Source of the DNA: Haloquadratum walsbyi C23
Lineage (GTDB): Archaea > Halobacteriota > Halobacteria > Halobacteriales > Haloferacaceae
Length of the DNA stretch: 32,000 bases
NCBI RefSeq assembly: GCF_000237865.1
Contig: NC_017459.1
Coordinates: 3,030,001 to 3,062,000 of the forward strand
Direction of reading: 5' to 3'
Part shown: piece by piece, positions 1-9,819 of the stretch
How positions within the stretch are numbered: the first letter of the stretch is position 1
Layout of the letters: each line of letters starts with the position of its first letter
The notes under the pieces: model-generated
Seen by the model: the letters and a program-made list of their open reading frames with translations, nothing else
Database searches by the model: none
What the model was told of the DNA's origin: nothing
Made by a program: the position numbers and the translations under genes

Positions 1-42
1 CTAAACGAATTATTAAATGGGTTTCAACGACTTTCTATCATA

Positions 43-210
43 ATGAGTGCTGAGGAACGTTCCGAATCCAGTGAATCAATCGCAAATCCAGTTGGTTTGA
101 TGCAACAACTCTATGACTATTGGATGTCGTTAGAACAGGGTTGGAAAGCTATGTGTCTCTCTACAGTTTTCGTTCTTGCAGTCAGCGCTGGTGCCCTGAT
201 TCCGTGGTGA
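43..210 (+). CDS. small hypothetical membrane protein (55 aa; below the ORF-track cutoff)
   Basis: ATG at 43 and TGA at 208-210. The translation is MSAEERSESSESIANPVGLMQQLYDYWMSLEQGWKAMCLSTVFVLAVSAGALIPW, with an acidic N-terminus and one hydrophobic helix. Its stop overlaps the GTG at 207-209 of the next gene (GTGA). Confidence 0.35.
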   Translation: MSAEERSESSESIANPVGLMQQLYDYWMSLEQGWKAMCLSTVFVLAVSAGALIPW

Positions 211-1211
211 CGGTGGAAGCACTACGTCGCCTTGCTCCCGGACTGGGGGTTCTTTTTGCACTCGGTCTGCTTGCTCGTGGTATTACTGCAATAATTCCGA
301 TAGGAAGTCATCTCATCGTTGTTATCGGACTGGGTGTATTCATGGCTAACACACTCGGCATTCCCGATTGGGCAGTTGCTGGAGTCAAGACACACAGCCT
401 CTGGTTGGAAGTAGGAATTATTTTGATGGGTGTCACGATTGCCTTTCAGCAGGTTGTCGATGCTGGACTACAGGTGCTTTTAATCGTTGGAGTCGCTGTC
501 TGTGCGACCGTGCTAGTTGTTGAAGTGCTTGCACGTGAATTTTTTGATATCCCTGAGAAAATTGGCTCACTGCTTGCAGCAGGCTCAGGTATCTGTGGTG
601 TCTCAGCAGTTGCTGCAGTTGCTGGAAGCATCAAGCCTGATCAGCAACAGATCGCGTACGCGGCTGCTACAGTCCTATTATTCGATGCTATTACACTTAT
701 TATCTATCCGACCGTCGGTCATCTTCTCGGGCTTTCCGATTTTGTCTTCGGCATCTGGGCAGGGACAACAATGTTCAGCACTGGACCGGTCACCGCCGCC
801 GGATTTGCTTACTCGCGAAACGCGGGTGAATGGGCAGTGCTAGTCAAACTCACCCGGAACGCGTTTATCGGCGTTGTGGTCATCGGTTATGTACTTTACT
901 ACAGTCGACGCGGATCAACAGACGCAACCGTCGATCATACGTGGCGATACCTCTGGGAGAGTTTCCCGAAGTTCATTATCGGCTTTGTGGTTCTCATGAT
1001 CCTCGGGAGTGCCGGAGTTCTCTCGGACACACAGATCACTGCGCTCGATAACGCGTCGAACTGGTTATTTCTCGTTGCATTCGCCGGGTTAGGACTGAGT
1101 ATCGATATCGGTGAACTCCGCGAATCAGGAATCAAGCCGGTGGGTGTCGTTTCAATTAGCTTGCTTCTAGTGAGCGGTCTCACGCTGAGTGCGCTTCTCT
1201 ATCTCTTTTGA
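207..1211 (+). CDS. YeiH/UPF0324-family integral membrane protein (putative sulfate-exporter family transporter)
   Basis: Polytopic hydrophobic ORF containing the family-like AGSGICGVSAVAAVAGSIKP segment. The first 28 codons of the ORF-track version (120..) are Cys/Trp/Arg-rich and look non-coding, so I prefer a GTG start at 204 or 207. The exact start is uncertain. Confidence 0.75.
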   Translation: MTVEALRRLAPGLGVLFALGLLARGITAIIPIGSHLIVVIGLGVFMANTLGIPDWAVAGVKTHSLWLEVGIILMGVTIAFQQVVDAGLQVLLIVGVAVCATVLVVEVLAREFFDIPEKIGSLLAAGSGICGVSAVAAVAGSIKPDQQQIAYAAATVLLFDAITLIIYPTVGHLLGLSDFVFGIWAGTTMFSTGPVTAAGFAYSRNAGEWAVLVKLTRNAFIGVVVIGYVLYYSRRGSTDATVDHTWRYLWESFPKFIIGFVVLMILGSAGVLSDTQITALDNASNWLFLVAFAGLGLSIDIGELRESGIKPVGVVSISLLLVSGLTLSALLYLF

Positions 1212-1862
1212 GCGAAGTCGAAGGCAGGACATAGATGATATTTCTACCAACGGGCAAGGTGAGTGTCTCAACGCTCGTTTCCGAGATAGTTCTTTGACAT
1301 CCTCCTACGTCTGAAGACGCGGGAATTTCAGGTTCACAGACTGTCAAGCTAACACACCGTGTGAATCGAAAAAGCTCGGAGATTCTCCATATGACGGCGC
1401 GTATGCACACACTGTAAACAGCGTGGGATTACGCCTGTTCAACCGATAAATTCGATTGGAACTATCCTTCGGGAGTGATCTGTACATCTCGGTGGCGTTG
1501 CGGGGTCGTTATTTATCTGACAACGTAGCGCTGCTTGGACATCTAAGTCTGCTGGTCGTTGGGCTTCCAGCTGTCGTGCTTAATATTGCGAACCTGTGAG
1601 TGACTGTAGAAGTGACGGTCACGGTATCGATGTATCAATGATAACGAGCTCAATAATAAGAAGACAAAATATCGGTTTTGTTCTTGGTGCTTGAGATATT
1701 TGATATGAACCACCTCATCGTCTCATGGACCGGTGGTAGCCAAGTTGCACGCAGATGATTTCTTTCGCTCACGCTTACAGTCGGTTTTTCGTTTACGCAG
1801 TTCATATGAATGAGGGCGTCAGCAAGTGGTTTCTCTCAGCGTTGCATTGCTGTGAGTTGAGT

Positions 1863-2375
1863 TCAGTTCGTGATTGTGAATGATTCAAATACATCTCCAT
1901 CAACTGTGATGAGCCGACCATTGAGTTCTCCAGTTGGCTGAGGGTCGAATTCCGCGTGTGCTGCACGGTGTCCACGCGGTTGTGCATGGCTCCCAGGATT
2001 CACGAGTGTACATTCCTCAGATTCTATGACCGTCGGACGGTGACTGTGACCGAAAATAACGACATCAGCATCTCGCTCACGGCCGAGTAATGAAAGTGCC
2101 GTTGGTCCTCCGCGTCTCGTATGCGTCATGACAAACTGCACACCTGCGAATGTAAACTGTCGTGTTGTTGGTAATCGCTCACGAATTCCAGTATCATCAT
2201 TATTACCGGCGACACCAACCAACTGAGTCGCCTCGCGTTGGAGCGCATCTAAAACGGACTCACACATGAAGTCACCTGCGTGCGCGACCATCTCTGCGTT
2301 TTGGACCGCTTCATACGTTTGCCCTGATAGTTGGTGATCATCGGTGCTGTGCGTATCGGAGATAACGGTAAGCAT
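1863..2375 (-). CDS. metallophosphoesterase, YfcE/MJ0936-like phosphodiesterase
   Basis: Calcineurin-like motifs are present in order: ISDTH, AGDF, GNND and GHSH. The ATG at 2375 (MLTVISDTH) is preferred over the TTG at 2381. Confidence 0.85.
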   Translation of the reverse strand: MLTVISDTHSTDDHQLSGQTYEAVQNAEMVAHAGDFMCESVLDALQREATQLVGVAGNNDDTGIRERLPTTRQFTFAGVQFVMTHTRRGGPTALSLLGRERDADVVIFGHSHRPTVIESEECTLVNPGSHAQPRGHRAAHAEFDPQPTGELNGRLITVDGDVFESFTITN

Positions 2376-2615
2376 ACCCAATCTAACTCAAATAAATATA
2401 AGAGCAACCGGTTTGATCATGTGTATCAAAATCACACATAAGGTACTTTTGGGATGCCACAGAATTATACTGGAATCATTTGAGATCAGATGCTATGACA
2501 TGCAATGTGCACGCTGAGGCAAATATACCCGTTAACACAACTAGATAGACGCAGATATTGGCGTATATTGTATTCGTGTCGAAAGGAGTTTGTCATTGAC
2601 GTACTACATATTCAT

Positions 2616-3704
2616 ATGGACCCGCGTATTCGGGATCACGCGCAGACGGTAATTGATCATTCAACTGATATTGACAGTGGGGACCGCGTTGTCATCGGTG
2701 CACCTGCAGCAGCCTCAGACCTTGTGATTGCACTCTATGAGGAATGTGCAAATCGAGGTGCGCATCCAGTGTCACTGCAAAATGACTCTCGGGCAACACG
2801 CGCATTCTTGCAGAATTATACCGATACTGATGATTTCGAAACGCCATCACACTTGCTTGCATTATATCAGGAAATGGATACATATATTGCTATCCGCGGT
2901 GACGAAAACGCGACCGAGACCGCTGATGTCAATCCTGAGACGAACGCTGCATATCGTCGAGCAATGCAGCCAGTGCTTCAAGAACGATTATCAAAGACAT
3001 GGTGTCTGACACAGTATCCGACCACAGGCAACGCACAGTTAGCTGGAATGAGCACTGAGGCGTATGAGAACTTTGTGTGGGATGCAGTTGGATTAGACTG
3101 GAACGCCCAACGCGAGCATCAATCACAATTAGTTGATATTCTTGCTGATGCGGATGAGGTTCGGATCCAATCAGGGTCCAACACAGATGTCACGATGCGT
3201 ATCGCTGGAAATACCGCGCTTAATGACTACGGTGAAAAGAATCTTCCCGGTGGTGAAGTCTTCACTGCGCCAATCAAGCATTCTGTTGAGGGTGAAGTTC
3301 ATTTCGATATGCCACTGTATCGACAAGGTCGTGAAATCGAAGATGTTCGAGTGCAATTCAACGAAGGTTATGTTGAGTCCTACAGTGCTGGTCGGAATGA
3401 GACGGTTCTTGATGGAATCTTTGCGACTGATGAGGGAGCGCGGTATCTTGGTGAACTTGGTATTGGAATGAATCGTGCTATTGATCAATTTAGCTATAAT
3501 ATGCTTTTTGATGAAAAAATGGGTGACACAGTGCATATGGCTGTCGGGTCTGCGTATGCAGAGACAGTCGGAGAAGATAATGAGCGAAATGAAAGTGCCG
3601 AACACGTTGATATGATCGTCGACATGAGTGAAGACTCAACAATTGAAGTCGACGGTGAGATTATCCAGCGCAATGGGACGTTTATTTTCGAAGAAGAGTT
3701 TTAA
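2616..3704 (+). CDS. aminopeptidase, M29 (AmpS/PepS thermophilic metalloprotease) family
   Basis: The length and sequence are family-like (MDPRIRDHAQTVIDHS..., GGEVFTAP, GELGIG.N, EHVDM). The ATG at 2616 is preferred because the upstream 37 codons of the ORF track are Arg/Cys/Tyr-rich and atypical. Confidence 0.8.
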   Translation: MDPRIRDHAQTVIDHSTDIDSGDRVVIGAPAAASDLVIALYEECANRGAHPVSLQNDSRATRAFLQNYTDTDDFETPSHLLALYQEMDTYIAIRGDENATETADVNPETNAAYRRAMQPVLQERLSKTWCLTQYPTTGNAQLAGMSTEAYENFVWDAVGLDWNAQREHQSQLVDILADADEVRIQSGSNTDVTMRIAGNTALNDYGEKNLPGGEVFTAPIKHSVEGEVHFDMPLYRQGREIEDVRVQFNEGYVESYSAGRNETVLDGIFATDEGARYLGELGIGMNRAIDQFSYNMLFDEKMGDTVHMAVGSAYAETVGEDNERNESAEHVDMIVDMSEDSTIEVDGEIIQRNGTFIFEEEF

Positions 3705-3819
3705 ACTAAGCGAAGCACCGTGCCTGTACTCATGGTGTTGAATAAGTTGTCATGAAATCAGCAGAACTGTGATTCTGTGTTTTATCAGATATTTCATATA
3801 CATATATATAGAATAAATC

Positions 3820-3836
3820 GAGCGTTTCAAACGCTC
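3820..3836. terminator. perfect 7-bp hairpin between convergent genes (possible terminator)
   Basis: GAGCGTT-tca-AACGCTC lies in an AT-rich spacer between the 3' ends of the aminopeptidase and lrp genes. Confidence 0.25.
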
Positions 3837-3896
3837 ATCATATGATGCACAGTCTTATATTTCGAAGAGTACGGTGAAGAATTTTACCGAGGCAAT

Positions 3897-4355
3897 TCAC
3901 TCGGTCAGTGTGAGATTAAACTGTTCATTTTCGGCAACTGGGTTGAGTACCACACTGGTGTTCGACTCTCGAATGTCGGTATCCGTGAGCAGCTCTTTGA
4001 TTTGATCATTCATGCCATCGGTATCACGAAATTTCCCGACAGCAATCACATCATAATCACCAGTGACTTCATAAACAGTTGTCATTTGTTTTTGTTTTTC
4101 AAGTCGATTTGTGATACTAGGAAGCGCACTTCCTTCGACTTTCAGTTGAATGATTGCTGTCACATCATAGCCGATTGCATCATAATTCACACGTGGGGTG
4201 TATCCTTCAACGACGCTTTCATTTTCAAGATCGCGAAGATGGTTCGAGACTGTTGTGACAGAGACATCAAGTTCCTCAGCAAGACTGCGAAGACTAGCTC
4301 GACCGTCCCCAAGTAATGCATTAATCAGTTTTGCGTCGAGATTTTCATACGTCAT
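3897..4355 (-). CDS. lrp: Lrp/AsnC-family transcriptional regulator
   Basis: It has an N-terminal HTH ([39 protein letters not shown]) and a C-terminal RAM/ACT-like domain. It is 152 aa and divergent from glnA. Confidence 0.9.
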   Translation of the reverse strand: MTYENLDAKLINALLGDGRASLRSLAEELDVSVTTVSNHLRDLENESVVEGYTPRVNYDAIGYDVTAIIQLKVEGSALPSITNRLEKQKQMTTVYEVTGDYDVIAVGKFRDTDGMNDQIKELLTDTDIRESNTSVVLNPVAENEQFNLTLTE

Positions 4356-4444
4356 TACACCTATAGACGCTTTGGGGGGATTAGAATTTTACGAATATCC
4401 AGTTACTAGCCCAACTTGGGGCATTTGCACCAAGCGATAACGTC

Positions 4445-4450
4445 TTTATA
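4445..4450 (+). promoter_or_regulatory. candidate TATA box for glnA
   Basis: TTTATA is centred about 35 nt upstream of the glnA ATG, in the 127-nt divergent lrp-glnA spacer. Confidence 0.3.
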
Positions 4451-4482
4451 CTGGGCGTATTCGATTTTGACTGTACACAAAT

Positions 4483-5859
4483 ATGACGGACGAAAATAAG
4501 TCTGATTCGGCAACCACTGACGGTGGACTTTCAGCAGAAGCACAGCGTGTCATCGATCAAATTGAAGAAGGAGATGTTGAATTCCTTCGGTTACAATTTA
4601 CTGACATACTTGGGACTGTAAAAAACGTCGCAATCCCGGTCTCGCGAGCAGAAAAAGCATTTAAAGATGGGATCTATTTTGATGGATCCAGTATTGAAGG
4701 ATTCGTCCGGATTCAAGAATCCGATATGCGATTAAAACCAGACCCATCAACATTCGCCGTTCTTCCATGGCGCAGCGGTCGATCAGCACGTCTGATTTGT
4801 GATGTGATTAATACATCAACGGGCGAGCCATTTGCAGGTGACCCACGTGCAGTTTTGAAGGAAACAATCGAGCGCGCGAATGAGATGGGGTTCACCATTA
4901 ATACATCTTCTGAGCCGGAATTCTTCCTCTTTGAAGAGGATGAGGACGGTCGGGCAACGACAAAGACGAATGATGCAGGTGGTTACTTTGATCTTGCACC
5001 GAAAGATCTCGCATCAGATATTCGTCGAGAGATTATTCATGGGCTTGAGGAGATGGACTTCAATATTGAGGCAAGCCATCATGAGGTTGCAGAAGGGCAG
5101 TACGAGATTAACTTTGAATATGAGAGTGCGCTCACAACCGCTGATAATATCGCGACATTCCGGACGGTTGTTCGCGCAATCGCAGCACAACACGACTTGC
5201 ATGCGACATTCATGCCAAAGCCAATCGCGAAGATCAACGGCTCGGGAATGCACACGCACATCTCACTATTCGATGAGAACGGAAACAACGCATTCCATGA
5301 TGAGAGTGATGAGTTTAATCTCTCAGAGACAGCTCATTCATTCCTTGCTGGAGTTCTTGAGCACGCACCGGCTATCACGGCTATTGCAAATCCAACAGTA
5401 AATAGCTACAAACGTCTTGTCCCTGGATACGAGGCACCAGTGTATGTCGCGTGGTCTGACCGCAATCGTTCAGCCCTTATTCGAAAGCCGGCTGCGCGGG
5501 TTCCAGCAGCCTCACGGATTGAGCTTCGCTCACCAGATCCATCATGTAATCCGTACCTTGCACTTGCAGCAATCATTACTGCTGGATTGAACGGTATTGA
5601 TGATGGGCTTGAGGCTCCTGATCCAATCCGTGAGAATATTTATGAGTTCGATGAAGAGACTCGGATGGAATATGGAATTGATACTCTCCCAGGTAACCTT
5701 GGTGAGGCAATTGATGCACTTGACTCCGATGAAGTTATTCAGGGTGCTCTTGGGGACCATGTGTATAATAAATTCGCTGAAGCAAAAACACAAGAATACG
5801 ATGAGTTCCGTGTCGATGTCTCTGATTGGGAACTTGATAGATACCTCGAGACATACTGA
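4483..5859 (+). CDS. glnA: glutamine synthetase, type I
   Basis: 458 aa with typical GS-I blocks ([55 protein letters not shown]). Confidence 0.95.
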   Translation: MTDENKSDSATTDGGLSAEAQRVIDQIEEGDVEFLRLQFTDILGTVKNVAIPVSRAEKAFKDGIYFDGSSIEGFVRIQESDMRLKPDPSTFAVLPWRSGRSARLICDVINTSTGEPFAGDPRAVLKETIERANEMGFTINTSSEPEFFLFEEDEDGRATTKTNDAGGYFDLAPKDLASDIRREIIHGLEEMDFNIEASHHEVAEGQYEINFEYESALTTADNIATFRTVVRAIAAQHDLHATFMPKPIAKINGSGMHTHISLFDENGNNAFHDESDEFNLSETAHSFLAGVLEHAPAITAIANPTVNSYKRLVPGYEAPVYVAWSDRNRSALIRKPAARVPAASRIELRSPDPSCNPYLALAAIITAGLNGIDDGLEAPDPIRENIYEFDEETRMEYGIDTLPGNLGEAIDALDSDEVIQGALGDHVYNKFAEAKTQEYDEFRVDVSDWELDRYLETY

Positions 5860-6004
5860 ATTATCATATTAGCTGGTGGAGCACAAACACATCGTTCAGA
5901 AACTAATTCAGATTATATAAATCGAACTTTTCTCACGTCAGAACCACCCATAGTTCACATATAGGTAATCGATCAAATTCTTTCGCTGAGAGGTTCAGAC
6001 TATA

Positions 6005-6949
6005 TTATATGATTCGATCGGTAATAGACGGCGAAGCAAGTATTATTACCGCAGCAAGGCTGCCTGTTGCGATGGCATAAGATGCAATAGAAACGGGATT
6101 GATCATCGTTCCAAATTGAGCTACATACACCGTAGTGCTCATTATTACGGTGGTTATCAACGCAGTGAATCCGATGGTGATGCATATTCCGCCGATAATA
6201 ACAGTTCGTAACGTAATTGGAACTCGTATAGCACCGAATGTTCGTCCATATTTGTGCCAAATAGCAGCACCTGTTGCTGCCATACCAGTTCCAAGAAGAA
6301 CTGCAATCTCATTCGGTGCAATCATGATAGAGGAGATTGTGAGGATGGCGGCGACTCCGAACATTGCAGTGACATCCGTATGCGTTGGTCGAACAAGCGC
6401 GCTCATATTTCCACCCATCTCAAGTCCTGACCCAACGGTCATAATAATAAGAGCTAATAGAGCAACACCAACCGCGATCCCGGCAAAAACATCGACAACA
6501 TAGTGCACGCCAATAATAACCCGAGACGCAGCGACAATAATAATCACACCACCAGCAAGAGCAACTCGTCGCCACCACTGCCAGCGTTCAGTCAACAACG
6601 CTGCTGCGCCCCAAAATACGGTTGTCCCGATTGCATGTCCACTTGGGAAGCCAAACCCACTGCGATATGACACTGGTGGACGGGGCAATGCGAACAAATG
6701 CTTCAATCCAACTGTGATCGCGATTGCAGCAATCTCAATAGCAAGAATGAATGCTGCTCGTCGTCGAACAAGAAGTCCGCGTCGACCAAAGAGATATAAT
6801 ATTGATATCATAGCAAATAGTGTATATGGGCTCCCAAGGTGCGTCAATATCCGAAAGACCGCCACTACTATCTCTGGAATATCGCTGAGAACACGTAACT
6901 CGCCGATTCCGCGCGTAGCCAATACGCTAAGCACGCTAGAAGATATCAT
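6005..6949 (-). CDS. PAP2-family (type 2 phosphatidic acid phosphatase-like) membrane protein
   Basis: All three PAP2 motifs are present: KHLFALPRP, PSGHA and SRVIIGVHYVVDV. They are embedded in a polytopic membrane protein. The ATG at 6949 (MISSSV...) is preferred because the longer ORF would overlap the upstream gene by 86 nt. Confidence 0.8.
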   Translation of the reverse strand: MISSSVLSVLATRGIGELRVLSDIPEIVVAVFRILTHLGSPYTLFAMISILYLFGRRGLLVRRRAAFILAIEIAAIAITVGLKHLFALPRPPVSYRSGFGFPSGHAIGTTVFWGAAALLTERWQWWRRVALAGGVIIIVAASRVIIGVHYVVDVFAGIAVGVALLALIIMTVGSGLEMGGNMSALVRPTHTDVTAMFGVAAILTISSIMIAPNEIAVLLGTGMAATGAAIWHKYGRTFGAIRVPITLRTVIIGGICITIGFTALITTVIMSTTVYVAQFGTMINPVSIASYAIATGSLAAVIILASPSITDRII

Positions 6950-6956
6950 TTCTGTA

Positions 6957-7559
6957 TTATCGAATCCAATCAAGCAAATTCCGGGATGAATCGACTGCAT
7001 TAAGCCCAGCACCAAAGAGGACGAATAATACATAGAGACCAAGTGTCGAGAGATATATAATGATCATTGCAATTAGCGCAAAGAAATCATCTAAAAGATA
7101 AAATGCAGCAATCGTCGTTGCAGTTCCATACAATAAGACAAGATATGGACCCCATCCACGGGCTTTGCCGCGTCGAAGTTGCTTTCGAATATATTGTTCG
7201 AGATTTGTTTTGAGTGTTGGTCGGTCAACTGTCCGTGATTCGACTTCCTCCTCAAATGCATCAAGATCGGCTCGAAGGGTCTTAATTTCACGTTGTAACG
7301 TCTCGATATCCGGTGCACTTTGTGGGTCGGCTGTTGTGTCAGTTTCGTTGGGATTTGCTGTTGGATTTATTATAGAATCATCCGAAATGGTCGAATCTGG
7401 CGCTTGTGTATCCGTTTTTGATCTTGTCGTGTCTGAGTGAGTGTCAGCAGCCTCAGCAGTGTGATCAGCGTTATCTGCATCATCACTGTGGTTGTCTCTA
7501 TCATGTTCCCCAACAGGTTCGTCTGTATTACGTGACTCCTCATCATCCGCACTCATCAT
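6957..7559 (-). CDS. hypothetical membrane protein (acidic disordered N-terminus, coiled-coil segment, two C-terminal TM helices)
   Basis: 200-aa ORF with haloarchaeal acidic composition. It has a heptad-like IETLQREIKTLRADLDAFEEEVE segment followed by two hydrophobic helices. It lies 7 nt upstream of the PAP2 gene. Confidence 0.6.
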   Translation of the reverse strand: MMSADDEESRNTDEPVGEHDRDNHSDDADNADHTAEAADTHSDTTRSKTDTQAPDSTISDDSIINPTANPNETDTTADPQSAPDIETLQREIKTLRADLDAFEEEVESRTVDRPTLKTNLEQYIRKQLRRGKARGWGPYLVLLYGTATTIAAFYLLDDFFALIAMIIIYLSTLGLYVLFVLFGAGLNAVDSSRNLLDWIR

Positions 7560-7693
7560 CTAGTCTGGTCTGCATGTCGGTCTGGCATATGTTGTACTTG
7601 CCGGTCTGTCCTCAAATTTATCGAATAAAAATACCGTTCACAACTATCTCTCAGAGAGGAAGCCATCGTCATAATTGAATTATCAATAGTCGA

Positions 7694-8851
7694 TTACTGT
7701 TCATCTGGGTCAGTCGTCGCCGAACGGATTTCTGCAATAGTTGCATTTGTCTTGAATGCCGTTCCACTGTAATGTGTTCGTGTTGCGTCAAAACCTGCTG
7801 TATGAAGTTGCTCAATAAATTCATCCATGCCAATCGCTGACCGAGTCCATTTTTTACAGAGTCGATGTTGGTCATAATGCGTTGGTGTCTCAAGTTCATT
7901 TTCGACCATTTTGAGGATTGAATCCGCTTGTTTAATCTCTCCCATTTCTGTTGTAATGTGATTTCGAACGCGGCGTGTGAATCCCTGTTCACGAATTGAG
8001 CCCAGATATAATGGACCAGCGGTAATAACTCGATTACCCTCACAGTGATGACACATCGATGGTGGGTGTGCGATATGACCGAACTCATGCTGTCGTGTTA
8101 GACAATCCTCGCAATGATACACATACCCAAGGTCTGAAAGCAACTCATCTGCACGCGTTGCGCGAGTATCAAGTTCAAGATACGTTCGAACATAATGTCG
8201 TGTGACATGTGAAAGAATGGGAATAGCCGCTGTATCATAGCGAGCTGCGGTCCGGATAAGCGCGGATAATAACACTCGAAGTCCCATTTCAGGGTGATAT
8301 TCAGTATTTCGTGGGAGTGTTGAGTATGTCCGAATGCCAGATTGCTGATGAGCGCCACACAATGGCGCAGTATCTGTCGCTGTAACACAGACAAGATTCC
8401 GGGCATTTGCGAAGGCTGCATCAGCGAATGGGATTGGTGTTCCGAACGGATCCAAATCAACAACATCGAATATCGCTTCGGGTCCAAGAGGTGATTCCGG
8501 ACCAGATTGATGCAGCACAGCGTTTGCATCGCTGGGTAGTGTTTGTCCGTCAAGATCATTTTTTTCGAGATTTGACTGTGCGAGAGCCACTGCATCAGGG
8601 TCAATATCCGTACAGGTGACATCGTACCCTGATGCTGCGGCTCGGACACCACGAACACCACTTGCGGTCATTGCATCGAGATACGTCTCAGCGCGTGGCT
8701 CGCGCTCTTGATATGCACGGAGTGCTGCAACTGTAATATCGCGATTGAGTTCCTGTGTAGGGTTATAGAAGACGTCATCACCAACTCCCGCGTCAGCTCC
8801 ATCACGAGCTGCTGGGACGGTCAGTTCGACGACGCCCTCAGTAATATTCAT
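7694..8851 (-). CDS. trm1: tRNA (guanine(26)-N2)-dimethyltransferase
   Basis: 385 aa. It carries the Trm1 signature [14 protein letters not shown], a SAM-binding region ([17 protein letters not shown]) and a C-terminal Cys cluster (CEDC...CHHC). Confidence 0.9.
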   Translation of the reverse strand: MNITEGVVELTVPAARDGADAGVGDDVFYNPTQELNRDITVAALRAYQEREPRAETYLDAMTASGVRGVRAAASGYDVTCTDIDPDAVALAQSNLEKNDLDGQTLPSDANAVLHQSGPESPLGPEAIFDVVDLDPFGTPIPFADAAFANARNLVCVTATDTAPLCGAHQQSGIRTYSTLPRNTEYHPEMGLRVLLSALIRTAARYDTAAIPILSHVTRHYVRTYLELDTRATRADELLSDLGYVYHCEDCLTRQHEFGHIAHPPSMCHHCEGNRVITAGPLYLGSIREQGFTRRVRNHITTEMGEIKQADSILKMVENELETPTHYDQHRLCKKWTRSAIGMDEFIEQLHTAGFDATRTHYSGTAFKTNATIAEIRSATTDPDEQ

Positions 8852-9043
8852 TGTGTAGGATTATGACCAATCATCAAAAAATAACGCGATGTTCCATGAG
8901 GGTGAATTGAGTTATTTCAATGTGTAAGCACAGATAGACTGCATATGAGACTTCAGATATGTAATCCATGTGAATCATCAGCTTTATTTAAATGTGAGGG
9001 CACCCTCCCCTCTCCCCCCCCCCTCCACTCACCCTGTAGACTC

Positions 9044-9784
9044 ATGTATCGGTGGGATTTTGACTATGCAGAGTGTGGTGCACTCGTGGTCGACGGTGAT
9101 TGCGATTCCGACTCGGTGTCTGCCAATAACGATACCATTTCACACACGCAGTGCAATCGAGATGTCGAAATTGGTGTCGATACAGATGTGAATGTCGATG
9201 CGGACAAGGATCCAGATGCAGATAGGGTTGCGATCGAAGCCAATAGCAATGAGCGTGATCAAAATATAGAGTCAGATGAGGACGTGGACGACACAACACA
9301 GTATACAACAGCCACGGATGCTGAATCAGGCGATACAGCCAAGAGTTCAACAATGACAACGAATACTGAGTCAAGTGAGGTGTCTGATAATTCAGATGTT
9401 CGTACACATCATGTTGTCTCAAGTAGTGTCAGTGATGAAACCGAGGCTGCATGGCGAGGAGAACTAGCCGCGACAGAACAACTAACACCAACAATCGTTG
9501 ATGCGATTATCAAACACCATGGAGATAGAGGTGCTCGTGCCATTGATGCGGTATCAGAAGAGCGTGTGAAGCGATATCGTGATTTCACGGTTGTCGTCGG
9601 ACATAATGATGAATATATCGTTGAAGCCGGAGGCTGCACGTGTAAAGACAGTTTGTATAATCTTGATGCAACAGATCCAACACAGTGTTGCTGGCATATC
9701 CTCGCAACCGCGATTGCTGAACGTATCGGTGTCGTCGATCATCATGATATGTGGTATGCAGATGTTCATGACTTTTTATCGTGA
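9044..9784 (+). CDS. SWIM zinc-finger protein with a long acidic low-complexity N-terminal region
   Basis: The C-terminus has a CxC...CxH pattern (GGCTCKDSLYNL...CCWHILA). The ATG at 9044 is preferred because the upstream part of the ORF-track ORF reads through a polypyrimidine/C10 tract. Confidence 0.6.
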   Translation: MYRWDFDYAECGALVVDGDCDSDSVSANNDTISHTQCNRDVEIGVDTDVNVDADKDPDADRVAIEANSNERDQNIESDEDVDDTTQYTTATDAESGDTAKSSTMTTNTESSEVSDNSDVRTHHVVSSSVSDETEAAWRGELAATEQLTPTIVDAIIKHHGDRGARAIDAVSEERVKRYRDFTVVVGHNDEYIVEAGGCTCKDSLYNLDATDPTQCCWHILATAIAERIGVVDHHDMWYADVHDFLS

Positions 9785-9819
9785 ACATTTATTATAGATA
9801 CGCACAACCTATAGGTACG

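Noticed and set aside
120-206. 5' extension of the YeiH-family ORF from the TTG at 120
   Set aside because: The translation (MDVVRTGLESYVSLYSFRSCSQRWCPDS) is Cys/Trp/Arg-rich and non-membrane-like. An alternative small ORF in another frame covers this interval more convincingly.
446-1410. Nested or antisense ORFs inside the YeiH-family gene (446..634, 517..843, 830..1051, 935..1183, 1180..1410)
   Set aside because: They overlap a well-supported membrane-protein gene. Their translations are low-complexity or Arg/Ser-rich, typical of shadow ORFs.
1492-1599. Possible 35-codon hydrophobic mini-ORF (GTG...LLGHLSLLVVGLPAVVLNIANL*) in the 650-nt spacer
   Set aside because: It has a non-ATG start, no obvious promoter and is too short to evaluate without conservation data.
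8945-9043. Upstream extension of the SWIM-protein ORF
   Set aside because: It would translate the polypyrimidine/C10 tract into a Pro/Ser/Cys-rich peptide. An ATG at 9044 follows directly.
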